From Legionellaceae bacterium (GTDB taxonomy: Bacteria > Pseudomonadota > Gammaproteobacteria > Legionellales > Legionellaceae), in assembly GCA_947505025.1 (NCBI GenBank), contig CANNIJ010000001.1, positions 1 to 59,635 on the forward strand: a stretch of 59,635 bases of DNA. The letters are read 5' to 3'. Below, in pieces: positions 37,000 through 48,136 of this stretch; position 1 is the first letter of the stretch; every line of letters begins with the position of its first letter. Under the pieces are notes generated by a model. That model was given only the letters and a program-made list of their open reading frames with translations. It ran no database searches and was not told the DNA's origin. The translations under genes were made by a program, and so were the position numbers.

Positions 37000-37643
37000 T
37001 GCGACACCAAATCAACGCCCTTAGGTCGTTTAAACTTAAATAAACTAGCCGGCAGATTTTGATTGATTTTCACGGCAGTGAAATTAATGGTGGTGTGCTG
37101 ACCTAAAGAATCAACAAAAGACAAGCCAACCCAGGATGCCGCATCAAAAATCAAGGTAACTTGCTGAAAGCCCGCTTGAGCCGAGATTGCGTTCAACACA
37201 AAATAAGTTTTATTGCCTTTATTTTCTTGTGTGATCTTAAATGACTTCGACAAACTTTTTGTATTTCCACTTAAAAAAATCCCTACAGCACCACCTACCC
37301 CACGTGCTTGTGATTTTACTGATACCTGCTCCAAAGCTGGTTCATACAACCAAATACGTTTGCCATCTGCAATCAACCATTGAACTGCAGGATGCACGGT
37401 ATGCCATAAAAAATGGCGTGGTTTAGCCAGTGCCATTGTGCCTGAAGATCTGGAGTCTGCATGCCGCTTGCTGTGGACTGTTTGTGTGTAATTAGCCACG
37501 ATAGTTTTAATATTATTTAATCTAGACTGTAAATTATCATCTGCCGTTTGAGAGAATGCACCCGTTGCGCAACACCAGCCAATACATACCATCCAATATC
37601 TAAGCCATTTTGCAGGTAATATATTTTTACCAAACTTATTCAT
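36996..37643 (-). CDS. lolA: Outer-membrane lipoprotein carrier protein LolA
   Basis: It has a signal peptide and the size and sequence character of LolA. It lies immediately downstream of ftsK, as in other gammaproteobacteria. Confidence 0.88.
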   Translation of the reverse strand: MNKFGKNILPAKWLRYWMVCIGWCCATGAFSQTADDNLQSRLNNIKTIVANYTQTVHSKRHADSRSSGTMALAKPRHFLWHTVHPAVQWLIADGKRIWLYEPALEQVSVKSQARGVGGAVGIFLSGNTKSLSKSFKITQENKGNKTYFVLNAISAQAGFQQVTLIFDAASWVGLSFVDSLGQHTTINFTAVKINQNLPASLFKFKRPKGVDLVSQ

Positions 37644-37658
37644 ATTGAATCCTTTCTA

Positions 37659-40112
37659 TTAGTCAGTTATTGGCATGGCCAAAACATCACGAAATCCACC
37701 TTCTAGCGGTCCCACCAAGCCTGTGCGTTCCATCTCTTCCACTAAACGTGCAGCACGATTATAACCAATCTTAAACCGGCGTTGTACCGCTGAAACACTG
37801 GCCTTGCGCGTTTGTATAATAAATTCAACTGCTTGATCATACAAGGCATCGATTTCCTCGGTATTCGCCGACTCTTCACTACCACCATCAGCACCATCAC
37901 TTTTTTGTTGCGTAATTTCTTCTATATAATCCGGCAGACCACGCGCACGCCAATCGTCAGCAATACGATGCACTTCCAGATCATCTACAAAGGCACCATG
38001 CACACGTAATGGTGCGCCTGTGCCCGGAGCCAAGAACAACATATCTCCATGTCCAAGTAGTTGATCGGCACCCTGTTGATCTAGGATGGTTCTAGAATCA
38101 ATTTTAGAACTCACTTGAAATGAAATTCTAGTTGGTATATTTGATTTTATCAAACCAGTCAACACATCAACTGATGGCCGTTGCGTAGCCAAGATTAAAT
38201 GTATGCCTGCGGCACGAGCTTTTTGCGCAATCCGTGCGATTAATTGCTCAACTTTTTTACCAACAACCATCATCATATCGGCTAATTCATCAATCACCAC
38301 TACAACATAAGGTAATTCAATTAACTCAGGTGGATACGGCTGTGTGCTTGCAGTGCTAATCCACAATGGATCTAATAATGGCTGACCATCGGCCACACCT
38401 TGGATCACTTTTGCATTAAAACCAGCTAGATTACGCACCCCTAAAGCCGACATCAAACGATAGCGTCGCTCCATTTCAGCAACGCACCAACGTAATGCAC
38501 TGGCAGCCTCTTTCATATCAGTAACGACTGGAGTTAACAAATGTGGGATCCCATCATAAACAGATAGTTCTAACATTTTAGGATCGATTAAGATTAAACG
38601 CACTTGTTTGGGAGTTGCTTTAAACAATAAACTTAAAATCATAGCGTTAATGCCTACTGATTTACCTGAACCAGTGGTACCAGCGACGAGTAAATGTGGC
38701 ATTTTAGCCAAATCAACTACCATTGGATGACCCGCTATATCTACCCCTAAAGCCAGTGTCAAAGCTGAATAAGCATTCTGATAAACATCAGACGACAATA
38801 CTTCAGACAAGCACACCATTGCACGTGTTGGATTTGGCAACTCCAAACCAACCACAGTCTTGCCGGGTATAATTTCTACCACTCTTACGCTGCTCACCGA
38901 CAATGAACGCGCTAAATCTTTAGATAAAGCTGTGAGCCGGCTAACTTTAATTCCGGCGGCCAATTGTAACTCGAACCGGGTAATCACTGGTCCAGGGTGC
39001 ACCGAAACCACGTCTGCCTGAATCCCAAAATCCATCAAATGTTGCTCAACCTCACGAGACAATAATTCCAATTCTTGCTGCTGATATCCGCCCATAGGCT
39101 GAATTGGTGGACTTTTTTCCAGTAAATTCAATGATGGTAATCCACCAAAATTACGTGTCTGTGCTTTAAATGTTTCAACAAATAATGGTGATTCAGGTTC
39201 TGGTTCAGCCGTAGCTAAGTTACAAACTTCTATTGCCGCGGTTTGCACCGGTAATAAAGTTTTAACCGGCAACAATCTGGGTGTTTCCCTTTTGATTTTT
39301 GGTGGTAAAACACTGGGAGTTTGTGTGTAAACAAATGAAACTTGCTGTGCTGACGCAGCACTCCGGGTCATTAAGCCCTGGCAATATTTTACAATAGATT
39401 TGCACGCCACTGCCAAAATCCTGGTAATGCCGAGCAATCTGCGTCCGGCAACAGGCAACCAGTGCCAACCAACTAACACAGCCTGAGTGCACATCTGCAC
39501 AAGAAACAATACGCATGCACCTAACTTTTCTGTGGCTAAAATCCAAGAAAATCCAGTTAAACCGGTTAAACCAACTAAAAACAACGCGCACAAGACTAAA
39601 AAAGATCCCTGTATATTTAATGCAGGACGCAGCGCCTCAAACACAGTGTGGCCCAACCAGCCTCCAGCACGATGTAATTGACCAGCGGACGCGAAAGCAA
39701 ATCGCAGACTTAATAAACCACAACTACTGATCCATAAAAACACTAAACCCAACGCACGAAACCAAATAACATGCAAAGTCATACCATGACGCAGCCAAAC
39801 ATCACTTAAAATCACGCAGGATAAGTAAGCAAAACAAACGGGTACTAAGTAAGAAACATAACCAAAAATCGCATACAATCCATCTGCAAGATAAGCACCG
39901 ACTTGTCCTCCAGCATTTGCCACCTGAGCATGCTTAGAAGCCACGTGCATCCAGGATGGATCCTGTGCATGGTATGTAACCAATGATAGTAATACGAACA
40001 AAGCAAGTGAAAGAACCAGAATAAATCCGCCCTCACACAATCTTTGTGTTAAAAAATGGGGTAACGAACGTTTAGAGCTGCTCACAGAAGAATCCACCGT
40101 TTGTTTTGACAT
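37659..40112 (-). CDS. ftsK: DNA translocase FtsK
   Basis: It has N-terminal TM helices, a linker, the motor-domain Walker [13 protein letters not shown], and a gamma-domain winged helix at the C-terminus ([24 protein letters not shown]). Confidence 0.96.
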   Translation of the reverse strand: MSKQTVDSSVSSSKRSLPHFLTQRLCEGGFILVLSLALFVLLSLVTYHAQDPSWMHVASKHAQVANAGGQVGAYLADGLYAIFGYVSYLVPVCFAYLSCVILSDVWLRHGMTLHVIWFRALGLVFLWISSCGLLSLRFAFASAGQLHRAGGWLGHTVFEALRPALNIQGSFLVLCALFLVGLTGLTGFSWILATEKLGACVLFLVQMCTQAVLVGWHWLPVAGRRLLGITRILAVACKSIVKYCQGLMTRSAASAQQVSFVYTQTPSVLPPKIKRETPRLLPVKTLLPVQTAAIEVCNLATAEPEPESPLFVETFKAQTRNFGGLPSLNLLEKSPPIQPMGGYQQQELELLSREVEQHLMDFGIQADVVSVHPGPVITRFELQLAAGIKVSRLTALSKDLARSLSVSSVRVVEIIPGKTVVGLELPNPTRAMVCLSEVLSSDVYQNAYSALTLALGVDIAGHPMVVDLAKMPHLLVAGTTGSGKSVGINAMILSLLFKATPKQVRLILIDPKMLELSVYDGIPHLLTPVVTDMKEAASALRWCVAEMERRYRLMSALGVRNLAGFNAKVIQGVADGQPLLDPLWISTASTQPYPPELIELPYVVVVIDELADMMMVVGKKVEQLIARIAQKARAAGIHLILATQRPSVDVLTGLIKSNIPTRISFQVSSKIDSRTILDQQGADQLLGHGDMLFLAPGTGAPLRVHGAFVDDLEVHRIADDWRARGLPDYIEEITQQKSDGADGGSEESANTEEIDALYDQAVEFIIQTRKASVSAVQRRFKIGYNRAARLVEEMERTGLVGPLEGGFRDVLAMPITD

Positions 40113-40163
40113 AGGTATTTAAAAACATCGACTTTTATCATAAGATAAAGCATCTTATCATAG

Positions 40164-41132
<969 letters not shown>

Positions 41133-41245
41133 TCAAACCCCGCATGTAAATTAAACTCCGGCTAGCCGCGATCCAACCACACTAGCTGGGGTCAACAAAA
41201 TCAGCTAAATGCACGCATATAATACAAACAAACTTAATTTTGCAC

Positions 41246-41274
41246 TTGACATTCATGTGTTTATTTGATACACT
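41246..41274 (+). promoter_or_regulatory. Candidate sigma70 promoter of the 471-aa orphan gene
   Basis: TTGACA (41246-41251), then 17 nt, then TACACT (41269-41274). It ends 32 nt upstream of the ATG at 41307. Confidence 0.45.
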
Positions 41275-41306
41275 TAGTGCATGATGCTCAGATTTAAAAG
41301 TGACGC

Positions 41307-42722
41307 ATGAAAACACCCAGTGAAGAAGAATACATAGGGGCATGGCTCACAGAAGTCAAAGAACTACACACTAAAACAAAAGAGATGTTAAAAGAAACAG
41401 TACGCACTGGCTGCGCATATAATTTTTTATCTGATCTTAGTGAATACTTATTAAATATGGAAAAAGTGCTCCCGGGATGCAAAACCGGAGTAGAAATGCA
41501 AAACAAACTTACTCAATTCATAAAGTTTCAAATCCCATTAATAGGTACAGTTAAAGTACCAAAAGGCCCCAATGAACTCGGAACAACATTAAATCAGATA
41601 TTATGTGACATTGCTAGAGTTAACGTCGAGGATGTGCCTAAATGGAACACTGAAGAACTAATTAAAGAAAACTTAATATATATGTCGCCAGTAATCGATA
41701 AAATAACAGCTGCTGAAAAACCTATAATGCTTGAAATTAATCGGCATCTATTAACATATTTTAAAAATTTGCAGAATAACCCGGTATTAATTGGCGCCAT
41801 AGATGCAACCACAACACCAACCGATTTGGGTTATTTGATCGGTTTAGTTTATCCCACGTATTTATCAATCGCTCCAATGCGAAGCATTAAAGAAAACATT
41901 GTAAAACTTGAAACAGATATAAAAACACTAGAAGCAGGTGCACAAATAATGGGGGGGAGAGTCATGCCAAATAGTGAAGCAGAAAAAGAATTACCTGCTG
42001 GGTACATCGCAAGAGCCCGCACTATCAAAGAACAAGCAATTATCATAATTGATAGCAAAAAATCAATATTGGGTCAAGTGACTGGCTCATCTAAAAGACA
42101 TAAAGCAGATGAGCAGACTTTTAAAGAAATCGAAGGTTTAATTCCGGATGTTTTCAATCTAACCAGTCAAGAGACATTTGAATCAGTTCGGCTAAAACTT
42201 GATGAGATCAAGTCCCACAAAAGCAGATCTAAGATAATAAATTTCGTACCTTCCGGGGAAGAACCCATAATACTTCGTGTAAAAGAGATGCTTAAATTAT
42301 TGGATGAGATTGAATCCAATAAGCAGGCTAGATTGGATACCATAAAAAAACTATTTGATTTTGATAAGTGTCTAAATGCACTCATAGACAATAATAACAA
42401 TACAAAAGGCACAGACAAAAAGACTGTAAATTCATTACACGCTGAACTAACGTTAGCCAGAAAAACACTGCTTGATGATTGTAATATCGAGAAATTCATA
42501 AGCAAATGTCAAAGTATTACCGAAGAATATAAACCTAAATTACCCGGCATTACCTTGGAAGATTTTTTTACGCGACTATGGGCAGCTGTCATTTCGTGTT
42601 GTAATAAATCATATTATTCAAAACCTGGCCCAACATTCTGGCAGACACAGACAGCTTACCAACTAGAGCAACTGTCTAAAGAAACGAATAATATAGATAA
42701 ATTAAAAAGCACAGGGCGGTAA
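41307..42722 (+). CDS. Orphan 471-aa protein, Lys/Glu-rich, predicted largely helical
   Basis: It is a long uninterrupted ORF with its own promoter-like element. I recognised no motif and saw no signal peptide. Confidence 0.7.
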   Translation: MKTPSEEEYIGAWLTEVKELHTKTKEMLKETVRTGCAYNFLSDLSEYLLNMEKVLPGCKTGVEMQNKLTQFIKFQIPLIGTVKVPKGPNELGTTLNQILCDIARVNVEDVPKWNTEELIKENLIYMSPVIDKITAAEKPIMLEINRHLLTYFKNLQNNPVLIGAIDATTTPTDLGYLIGLVYPTYLSIAPMRSIKENIVKLETDIKTLEAGAQIMGGRVMPNSEAEKELPAGYIARARTIKEQAIIIIDSKKSILGQVTGSSKRHKADEQTFKEIEGLIPDVFNLTSQETFESVRLKLDEIKSHKSRSKIINFVPSGEEPIILRVKEMLKLLDEIESNKQARLDTIKKLFDFDKCLNALIDNNNNTKGTDKKTVNSLHAELTLARKTLLDDCNIEKFISKCQSITEEYKPKLPGITLEDFFTRLWAAVISCCNKSYYSKPGPTFWQTQTAYQLEQLSKETNNIDKLKSTGR

Positions 42723-42898
42723 ATAATGAAATCATGCGATGAAAAGACACCCGCTGCTGATTTAAAACAGCAGCCACAAACGCCAGCGACTGTTGAAGGA
42801 TCAACGCTTTTCATCATGGCCAGCTTGGCAAGATTGGGATTTTCTGGAGCAGGCTCTGCATTTAAATTGCCAGATAGAGGATCTGCTTTGCCACAACG

Positions 42899-42934
42899 CT
42901 TGGCAGACTGCAGGGATCCCTGCAGTCTGCCAAG
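42899..42934. repeat. 36-nt perfect palindrome (possible bidirectional terminator / RNA hairpin)
   Basis: cttggcagactgcaggga|tccctgcagtctgccaag lies between convergent genes, 7 nt from the aminotransferase stop. There is no flanking T-tract. Confidence 0.6.
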
Positions 42935-42940
42935 GCCGAA

Positions 42941-44035
42941 TTAATGGTCAAGTGAATCCAGTACAGTTTGTGCAATTAATTGCTGATCTGCAGGCGTCAG
43001 GTAAGGATGCATGGGCAAACTAATTACTTTCCCTGATGCTGCTTCAGCAACAGGGAAAGACTGGGGCTCTGGGTACATTTGTTTGAATATAGGTTGCAGG
43101 TGTAAGCCCAATGGGTAATGAATGGCCGTAGGGATGCCTTTAGCGCTTAATGCGGCCTGAAATTTATCACGCTGGTCTACTTGTAGCGTGTATTGCGCAT
43201 ACACACTAGTGTTATCGGCTCGGATTACCGGCACTCTAACATGCTGACCCAACAATTTAGCATAAATATCTGCAACCTTATGCCGCAACTTGATTTCTTC
43301 GGGGAAGAGTGGCATTTTTTCCAACAAAACAGCAGCTTGTAAAGTATCAAAGCGTCCGTTTATGCCCAGCTGAGTGTGATAATAGCGTTGTGATTGTCCA
43401 TGATGCCGTACTTCACGCATCCTCAGCGCTAAATCTGCATCATGAGTAAAACAAGCACCACCATCACCAAAGCAGCCCAACGGCTTGGATGGAAAAAAAC
43501 TCGTGCAGCCAATAGTAGTCAAGCCACATGATGCACGTCCTTTATATGTCGCGCCAAAACTTTGAGCTGCATCTTCAATTACCGGCAAATTGTAACGTGC
43601 GGCAATCTGATTGATCGCATCCATATCCGCGCACTGTCCATAAAGGCTAACCGGCATAATGGCTTTTGTTTTAGGGGTGATCGCAGCAGCTAATTGCGTT
43701 GCATCCAGATTATAAGTGTCAGGTTCAATATCAACAAATACTGGCTTTGCTCCCAGCAAAGCAATTACTTCAGCAGTAGCAAAAAAACTAAACGGCGTTG
43801 TAATAACTTCATCCCCTGCCCCTACGCCCAAGGCCATCAATGCAATCAATAATGCATCAGTGCCACTTGCAACTAAAATTGCATGATCCACGCCAACAAA
43901 ATCCGCTAAAATCTTTTCTAGCTCATCAATCTCTGGGCCCATGACAAATGCGCCATGATTTAAAACGGATTTGAATCTATCCATTAAACGCGGTTCAATA
44001 CGTTTTAATTGCGTTTTTAAATCAATGAATTGCAT
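42941..44035 (-). CDS. DegT/DnrJ/EryC1/StrS-family PLP-dependent sugar aminotransferase
   Basis: MQFIDLKTQ...GPEIDELE...ASGTDALLIAL...FFPSKPLG (the Lys of the PLP site) is typical of the family. SD spacing favours the second ATG (44035). Confidence 0.88.
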   Translation of the reverse strand: MQFIDLKTQLKRIEPRLMDRFKSVLNHGAFVMGPEIDELEKILADFVGVDHAILVASGTDALLIALMALGVGAGDEVITTPFSFFATAEVIALLGAKPVFVDIEPDTYNLDATQLAAAITPKTKAIMPVSLYGQCADMDAINQIAARYNLPVIEDAAQSFGATYKGRASCGLTTIGCTSFFPSKPLGCFGDGGACFTHDADLALRMREVRHHGQSQRYYHTQLGINGRFDTLQAAVLLEKMPLFPEEIKLRHKVADIYAKLLGQHVRVPVIRADNTSVYAQYTLQVDQRDKFQAALSAKGIPTAIHYPLGLHLQPIFKQMYPEPQSFPVAEAASGKVISLPMHPYLTPADQQLIAQTVLDSLDH

Positions 44036-44072
44036 GTTCATGTCCTTTGGTTAATAACCTAGCAAGTAGTGG

Positions 44073-44119
44073 ATACTATCTGCAGCCAGACGCAGATTCG
44101 TTAAGGCCGCAGATAGTAT
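44073..44119. promoter_or_regulatory. Inverted repeat in a divergent intergenic region
   Basis: atactatctgc (44073-44083) pairs with gcagatagtat (44109-44119). The pairing extends to gcc/ggc after one mismatch. Confidence 0.25.
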
Positions 44120-44204
44120 ACTGCTTGATTAAATGAAGATACAGGTTTTAAATCAAGATTAAGGGGTATATACTTGCTTTTATGCTTTAAAACAGGAATG
44201 TTGC

Positions 44205-45032
44205 ATGCCATTAAAAGCGTTCTATAACAACCTAGCGGAACAATATGCGACCGCTGATTGCTTTGGCTCTATTACTGAAAGCCATCAACACGCAATCCGT
44301 CAAATTCATGACCTGAATTTAAATCAACACAAAAAATTAAATATATTAGACTTTGGAGTTGGCGACGGCGCATTTTTACAGAAATTACACTCTCAACTGC
44401 CAGATGCAGAATTTACTGGTATTGATATTTCCTCTGAAATGTTAAAAATAGCCAGATCAGCTTTGCCCTTAAATGCAATCGAAGCTAGTGCGAGTGAAGC
44501 ATCACGCTATTTACCCAAAAACAGTCAGAATTTGGTATTAGCACACTTTATTAACGCCTACTTACCTATACCTGTACTGTTTCATCAAGCGAATCAACTC
44601 ACCACCGATGATGGGTATTTTTCTCTGATAACCACAACCTATGAATCTTTTCCTGTGGCACAACAACATTTAGCTAAGTTCATCTCCAAAGACTCTTTTC
44701 TCAGCAGCATAGTCGGACATTACTACAAAGCAGTTATCCGTAACACTACGGTAGCATCTGGCGAGGAGGAGTTACTCACTTCGTTTCACAAGCATCAGTT
44801 TGAAGTAATCTCTCATCAACGCCTGCACATTCCAATTACTCTCAATAATATTGAGGAGCTCGCATTATTTGGGATTGAAGGCACATGGTTTTTAAATTCA
44901 TTATCTATACGGATGTTACCAAAAAACTTTTTGCTACAGCGCATTAAACGTCTGTTCAGCAAAATTTTTACCTTCCCATACCAAGATACGCACGTTATAG
45001 ACGTGGTATTAGCTAAAAAGATAGCTGCCTAA
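44205..45032 (+). CDS. Class I SAM-dependent methyltransferase
   Basis: ILDFGVGDGAFL is motif I. The substrate is unknown. Confidence 0.75.
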   Translation: MPLKAFYNNLAEQYATADCFGSITESHQHAIRQIHDLNLNQHKKLNILDFGVGDGAFLQKLHSQLPDAEFTGIDISSEMLKIARSALPLNAIEASASEASRYLPKNSQNLVLAHFINAYLPIPVLFHQANQLTTDDGYFSLITTTYESFPVAQQHLAKFISKDSFLSSIVGHYYKAVIRNTTVASGEEELLTSFHKHQFEVISHQRLHIPITLNNIEELALFGIEGTWFLNSLSIRMLPKNFLLQRIKRLFSKIFTFPYQDTHVIDVVLAKKIAA

Positions 45033-45228
45033 ACGCACGGCGGTCACATTATCATTTATCAGCCATGTGGTTTGAATTATAATGTGTCCGACGTTGGGCA
45101 CACCGACATTGCTCTTATCAGTATGATTAATAAGTGGGGGCGAAAAATGGATATTGATGAGGATTTGAACTTATGGAGACAATTTCACGGGTGCTCTACA
45201 AATCAAACGGCAGGTATCTTGCCTTTCA

Positions 45229-46227
45229 TTAGCTATCGTTTAAGCCTAAATTATCTTTTTTAAAGATACGGTCAGCACGATAACTAGAGCGTACCAAAGG
45301 GCCACTGGCTACTTCAAAAAAACCTTTGGCCAAACCCAAAGTACGAAAATTCATGAATTCCTCTGGCGTTACATACCTTTGAACCGGCAAATGATGTGGG
45401 GTTGGTTGCAGATATTGGCCTAGGGTTAGGATATCTACATTATGCACGCGCAAATCATCCATTGTCTGTAGTATTTCCGCATCAGATTCACCTAAACCCA
45501 ACATCAAGCTGGTTTTAGTTAAAACATCTGGACGATAACGCTTTGCGTACGCTAATACTTGCAAGGTTTGTGCATAACCAGCCCGGGGATCTCTAACCGG
45601 ATGAGTTAAACGCTCTACAGTTTCAACATTTTGTGCAAAAACATCCAATCCACTATCTAATAAAATTGCAATATCCTTTTCAACACCTTGAAAATCTGGT
45701 GTCAAAGCTTCTACCTTAGTTTTGGGCGAGCGTTGTTTAATCGCATGCACAGTTGCAGCATAATGGGCCGCACCACCATCCGGTAAATCATCACGATTGA
45801 CCGAGGTCAAAACCACATAATCCAAATTCATTTCCACAACCGTATTGGCCGCTTGATCTGGCTCGTTTAAATCCAACCAGCCACGCGGATTACCGGTATC
45901 AACTGCACAAAAACGACATGCTCGAGTACAAATTGAGCCCATAAGCAATAACGTCGCCGTGCCGTGTGACCAGCATTCAGCCATATTAGGACATTTTGCT
46001 TGCTCACATACAGTCGCCAAGCCATGTGCTTTTACTTTAGCCTTAACCTGCTCATACGCAGGGCTGGTTTGGCTAACCATGCGCAACCACGCTGGCTTAG
46101 GTAGCTTGGTATTTAATAGCGCTGAGGCTTTGACACCATCTTTAATCGCTATAACTCCATGTTCTGAAGTGTATTTTTGTCCACTAATAACTACTACTGG
46201 TATATCGCTTAATTTTTTAGCCATCAT
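45229..46227 (-). CDS. lipA: Lipoyl synthase
   Basis: It has the radical-SAM CTRACRFC motif and the N-terminal auxiliary cluster motif [12 protein letters not shown]. Confidence 0.96.
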   Translation of the reverse strand: MMAKKLSDIPVVVISGQKYTSEHGVIAIKDGVKASALLNTKLPKPAWLRMVSQTSPAYEQVKAKVKAHGLATVCEQAKCPNMAECWSHGTATLLLMGSICTRACRFCAVDTGNPRGWLDLNEPDQAANTVVEMNLDYVVLTSVNRDDLPDGGAAHYAATVHAIKQRSPKTKVEALTPDFQGVEKDIAILLDSGLDVFAQNVETVERLTHPVRDPRAGYAQTLQVLAYAKRYRPDVLTKTSLMLGLGESDAEILQTMDDLRVHNVDILTLGQYLQPTPHHLPVQRYVTPEEFMNFRTLGLAKGFFEVASGPLVRSSYRADRIFKKDNLGLNDS

Positions 46228-46865
46228 GCTGCCTTTTGATAAGCTTTAAATTGAAACCAACCTTGGTGACGCATAACTCGCATCATAATAAATAACTCCA
46301 ATAATGTCAGGCACGCAGTTGCAACTACATCGCTTAGATAATGTTGATCTAACAAAACTCTGGTGGCAATAAATAATACACCCAATAAGATCCATAAACG
46401 AGTATAATCCGGAAAAATCCAATGCATGCCATAGAATAAAGAAACAATGCCAGTAGTATGTCCTGATGGAAAAGACCAATACTTGGCCTGAGTCAAATGT
46501 ACCCCATAAAAACCATAGATATTATCTAAAAAAAGTAAATCAGGGCGTGCACGCCCAAATAACATTTTTAATGCTAAGCAGATCAGATTAGGGATCAACA
46601 CACAAAAAAACAAAAACCACGAGCGTTCTTGCCATAACGACTCTGGTTTAAACCAATTAACACCAATTGCCAAAGAGAATAATACAAGCAATTGAACCGG
46701 ACCAGAACCAATCATGGTAATCCATGACATCAATGGTAAATTTTTCTTATAATCCAATTGATGAAAAAAATAGGCTATGTTTTGATCGAAATAAAAAAAA
46801 GCAACAACAATAAAAACAACACACAGAATAAAAAAAATTGGATTGATATGTTCGTGTCGACGCAT
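46224..46865 (-). CDS. PAP2-family membrane phosphatase
   Basis: It is a multi-TM protein with the acid-phosphatase motifs [16 protein letters not shown] and [13 protein letters not shown]. The stop overlaps the lipA start (ATGA). Confidence 0.82.
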   Translation of the reverse strand: MRRHEHINPIFFILCVVFIVVAFFYFDQNIAYFFHQLDYKKNLPLMSWITMIGSGPVQLLVLFSLAIGVNWFKPESLWQERSWFLFFCVLIPNLICLALKMLFGRARPDLLFLDNIYGFYGVHLTQAKYWSFPSGHTTGIVSLFYGMHWIFPDYTRLWILLGVLFIATRVLLDQHYLSDVVATACLTLLELFIMMRVMRHQGWFQFKAYQKAA

Positions 46866-46987
46866 GTTTGATCTCCTAGGATATCTAATATCGGCCGATT
46901 ATTGGCTGGCCAGTATAGCACTCTTTTAATTCAAAGTTATTATTATGGTATGCTAACAGCATAATAACCTATTAATAGAGCTGTGAA

Positions 46988-48034
46988 ATGAAAAATTTAC
47001 GTGTCATGGCCGACGCAACTCTGCCGGACCTAGAACTGTGGTTTCCGCAGCCATTCAAACTAACTCTATATAACACTAGGTCTATCGAGCAAATAGATCT
47101 GAATGATCATGAAATTTTATTATGCCGCTCTACACTTCGAGTCAATGAACAATTATCTGGAATTAAAGCCATCGAATGTGTCGCGACGGCCAGCAGTGGC
47201 ACTGATCATATACTCGCCAATTTGTTACAACAACAAAATATAACCTTATTTGATGCCAAAGGTTCGAATGCGCATGCTGTCGCCGATTATATCCTAGCAA
47301 GTATTGCTCACTTAACACAACGTGGATTACTTAAAGGCAATCGAGCTGCGGTGGTTGGAGCTGGACATGTTGGCTCACAAGTAGCAGTTAAATTAAGGAT
47401 GATTGGCTTCGAGGTTATCTTAATTGACCCAGTAAAACAGTTTAATCAGCCAGATTTTATCTCAGGGGAATTAAGCGATTTAAGTACATGTGACTTAATT
47501 TGCATTCATGCAAATCTACATAACACGCAACCTTGGCCCAGCCAAAATCTATTTAACGAAGATCTTTTATCTACACTAAAGCCTGACGTAGTTCTAATGA
47601 ATGCAGCTCGTGGTGGCATTGTGAATGAAGTCGATTTACTGAACACACCACCGTCAATGATTTATTGCACCGACGTTTATGCAAATGAACCCAGTCCTAG
47701 TAGTGAAATTATTCAGCGTGCAACGATCTGTACGCCTCACATAGCCGGACATTGTATTGAAGCAAAAACACGTGCAGTCATACAACTAAGCGCCCAGATA
47801 CATCAACATTATGGTCTGGAGTGCCGGCAAGTATCGCCGGTATTCCCATTAACAAAAAAAATAAATATCTCTAAAAACTGGCAAGAAAAAATCCTAGATC
47901 ATTATAACCCTGGAATAGAAACAGCAACACTTAAAGCCGCAAACGACTCTAAAAATGTCTTTTTAGAACAGCGTGCAGCGCATATTTTTCGTCATGAAAT
48001 CCAATGGACCAGTACAGAATGTAAAATAAAATAA
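46988..48034 (+). CDS. pdxB: Erythronate-4-phosphate dehydrogenase
   Basis: It has the D-2-hydroxyacid dehydrogenase fold (VVGAGHVGSQVA, NAARGGIV, TPHIAGH). The PdxB-like length and C-terminal extension support the call. Confidence 0.8.
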   Translation: MKNLRVMADATLPDLELWFPQPFKLTLYNTRSIEQIDLNDHEILLCRSTLRVNEQLSGIKAIECVATASSGTDHILANLLQQQNITLFDAKGSNAHAVADYILASIAHLTQRGLLKGNRAAVVGAGHVGSQVAVKLRMIGFEVILIDPVKQFNQPDFISGELSDLSTCDLICIHANLHNTQPWPSQNLFNEDLLSTLKPDVVLMNAARGGIVNEVDLLNTPPSMIYCTDVYANEPSPSSEIIQRATICTPHIAGHCIEAKTRAVIQLSAQIHQHYGLECRQVSPVFPLTKKINISKNWQEKILDHYNPGIETATLKAANDSKNVFLEQRAAHIFRHEIQWTSTECKIK

Positions 48035-48136
48035 GCTTAACTGCAAACTCGGCATCCGTGCGTAGGACTTGAGTAGATGTATTGTCAACAACTATAGCTA
48101 TACTTAAAAAACATAGCATAAGGTAAAAATGATTTT

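Noticed and set aside
39262-39730. Several 60-110-aa ORFs on both strands inside ftsK.
   Set aside because: They are embedded in the low-complexity linker and TM region of a well-supported 817-aa gene. None has an independent signal.
41233-41253. A tandem cttaatttt / cttgacatt resembling the Legionella/Coxiella PmrA box (cTTAATatT-N2-cTTAATatT) upstream of the 471-aa orphan gene.
   Set aside because: The repeat period is 12 nt rather than the 11 nt of the known site. The second half-site is degenerate and is better explained as the TTGACA -35 hexamer. It is worth a motif scan but is not supportable by eye.
42726-43023. Two overlapping plus-strand ORFs (72 and 76 aa) in the spacer after the 471-aa gene.
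   Set aside because: Both are kept open largely by the 36-nt palindrome and by GC-richer sequence. One runs into the convergent aminotransferase gene. Neither has an RBS or a motif.
45209-45223. A small hairpin, ggcagg-tat-cttgcc, next to the lipA stop as a possible terminator.
   Set aside because: It forms only 5-6 bp, including a G-T pair (an A-C mismatch on the lipA strand), and the T-tract is weak. That is too weak to call.
45072-45263. A 63-aa plus-strand ORF between the methyltransferase and lipA.
   Set aside because: It has a TTG start and no RBS, and its 3' end overlaps the lipA 3' end. It is probably non-coding spacer.
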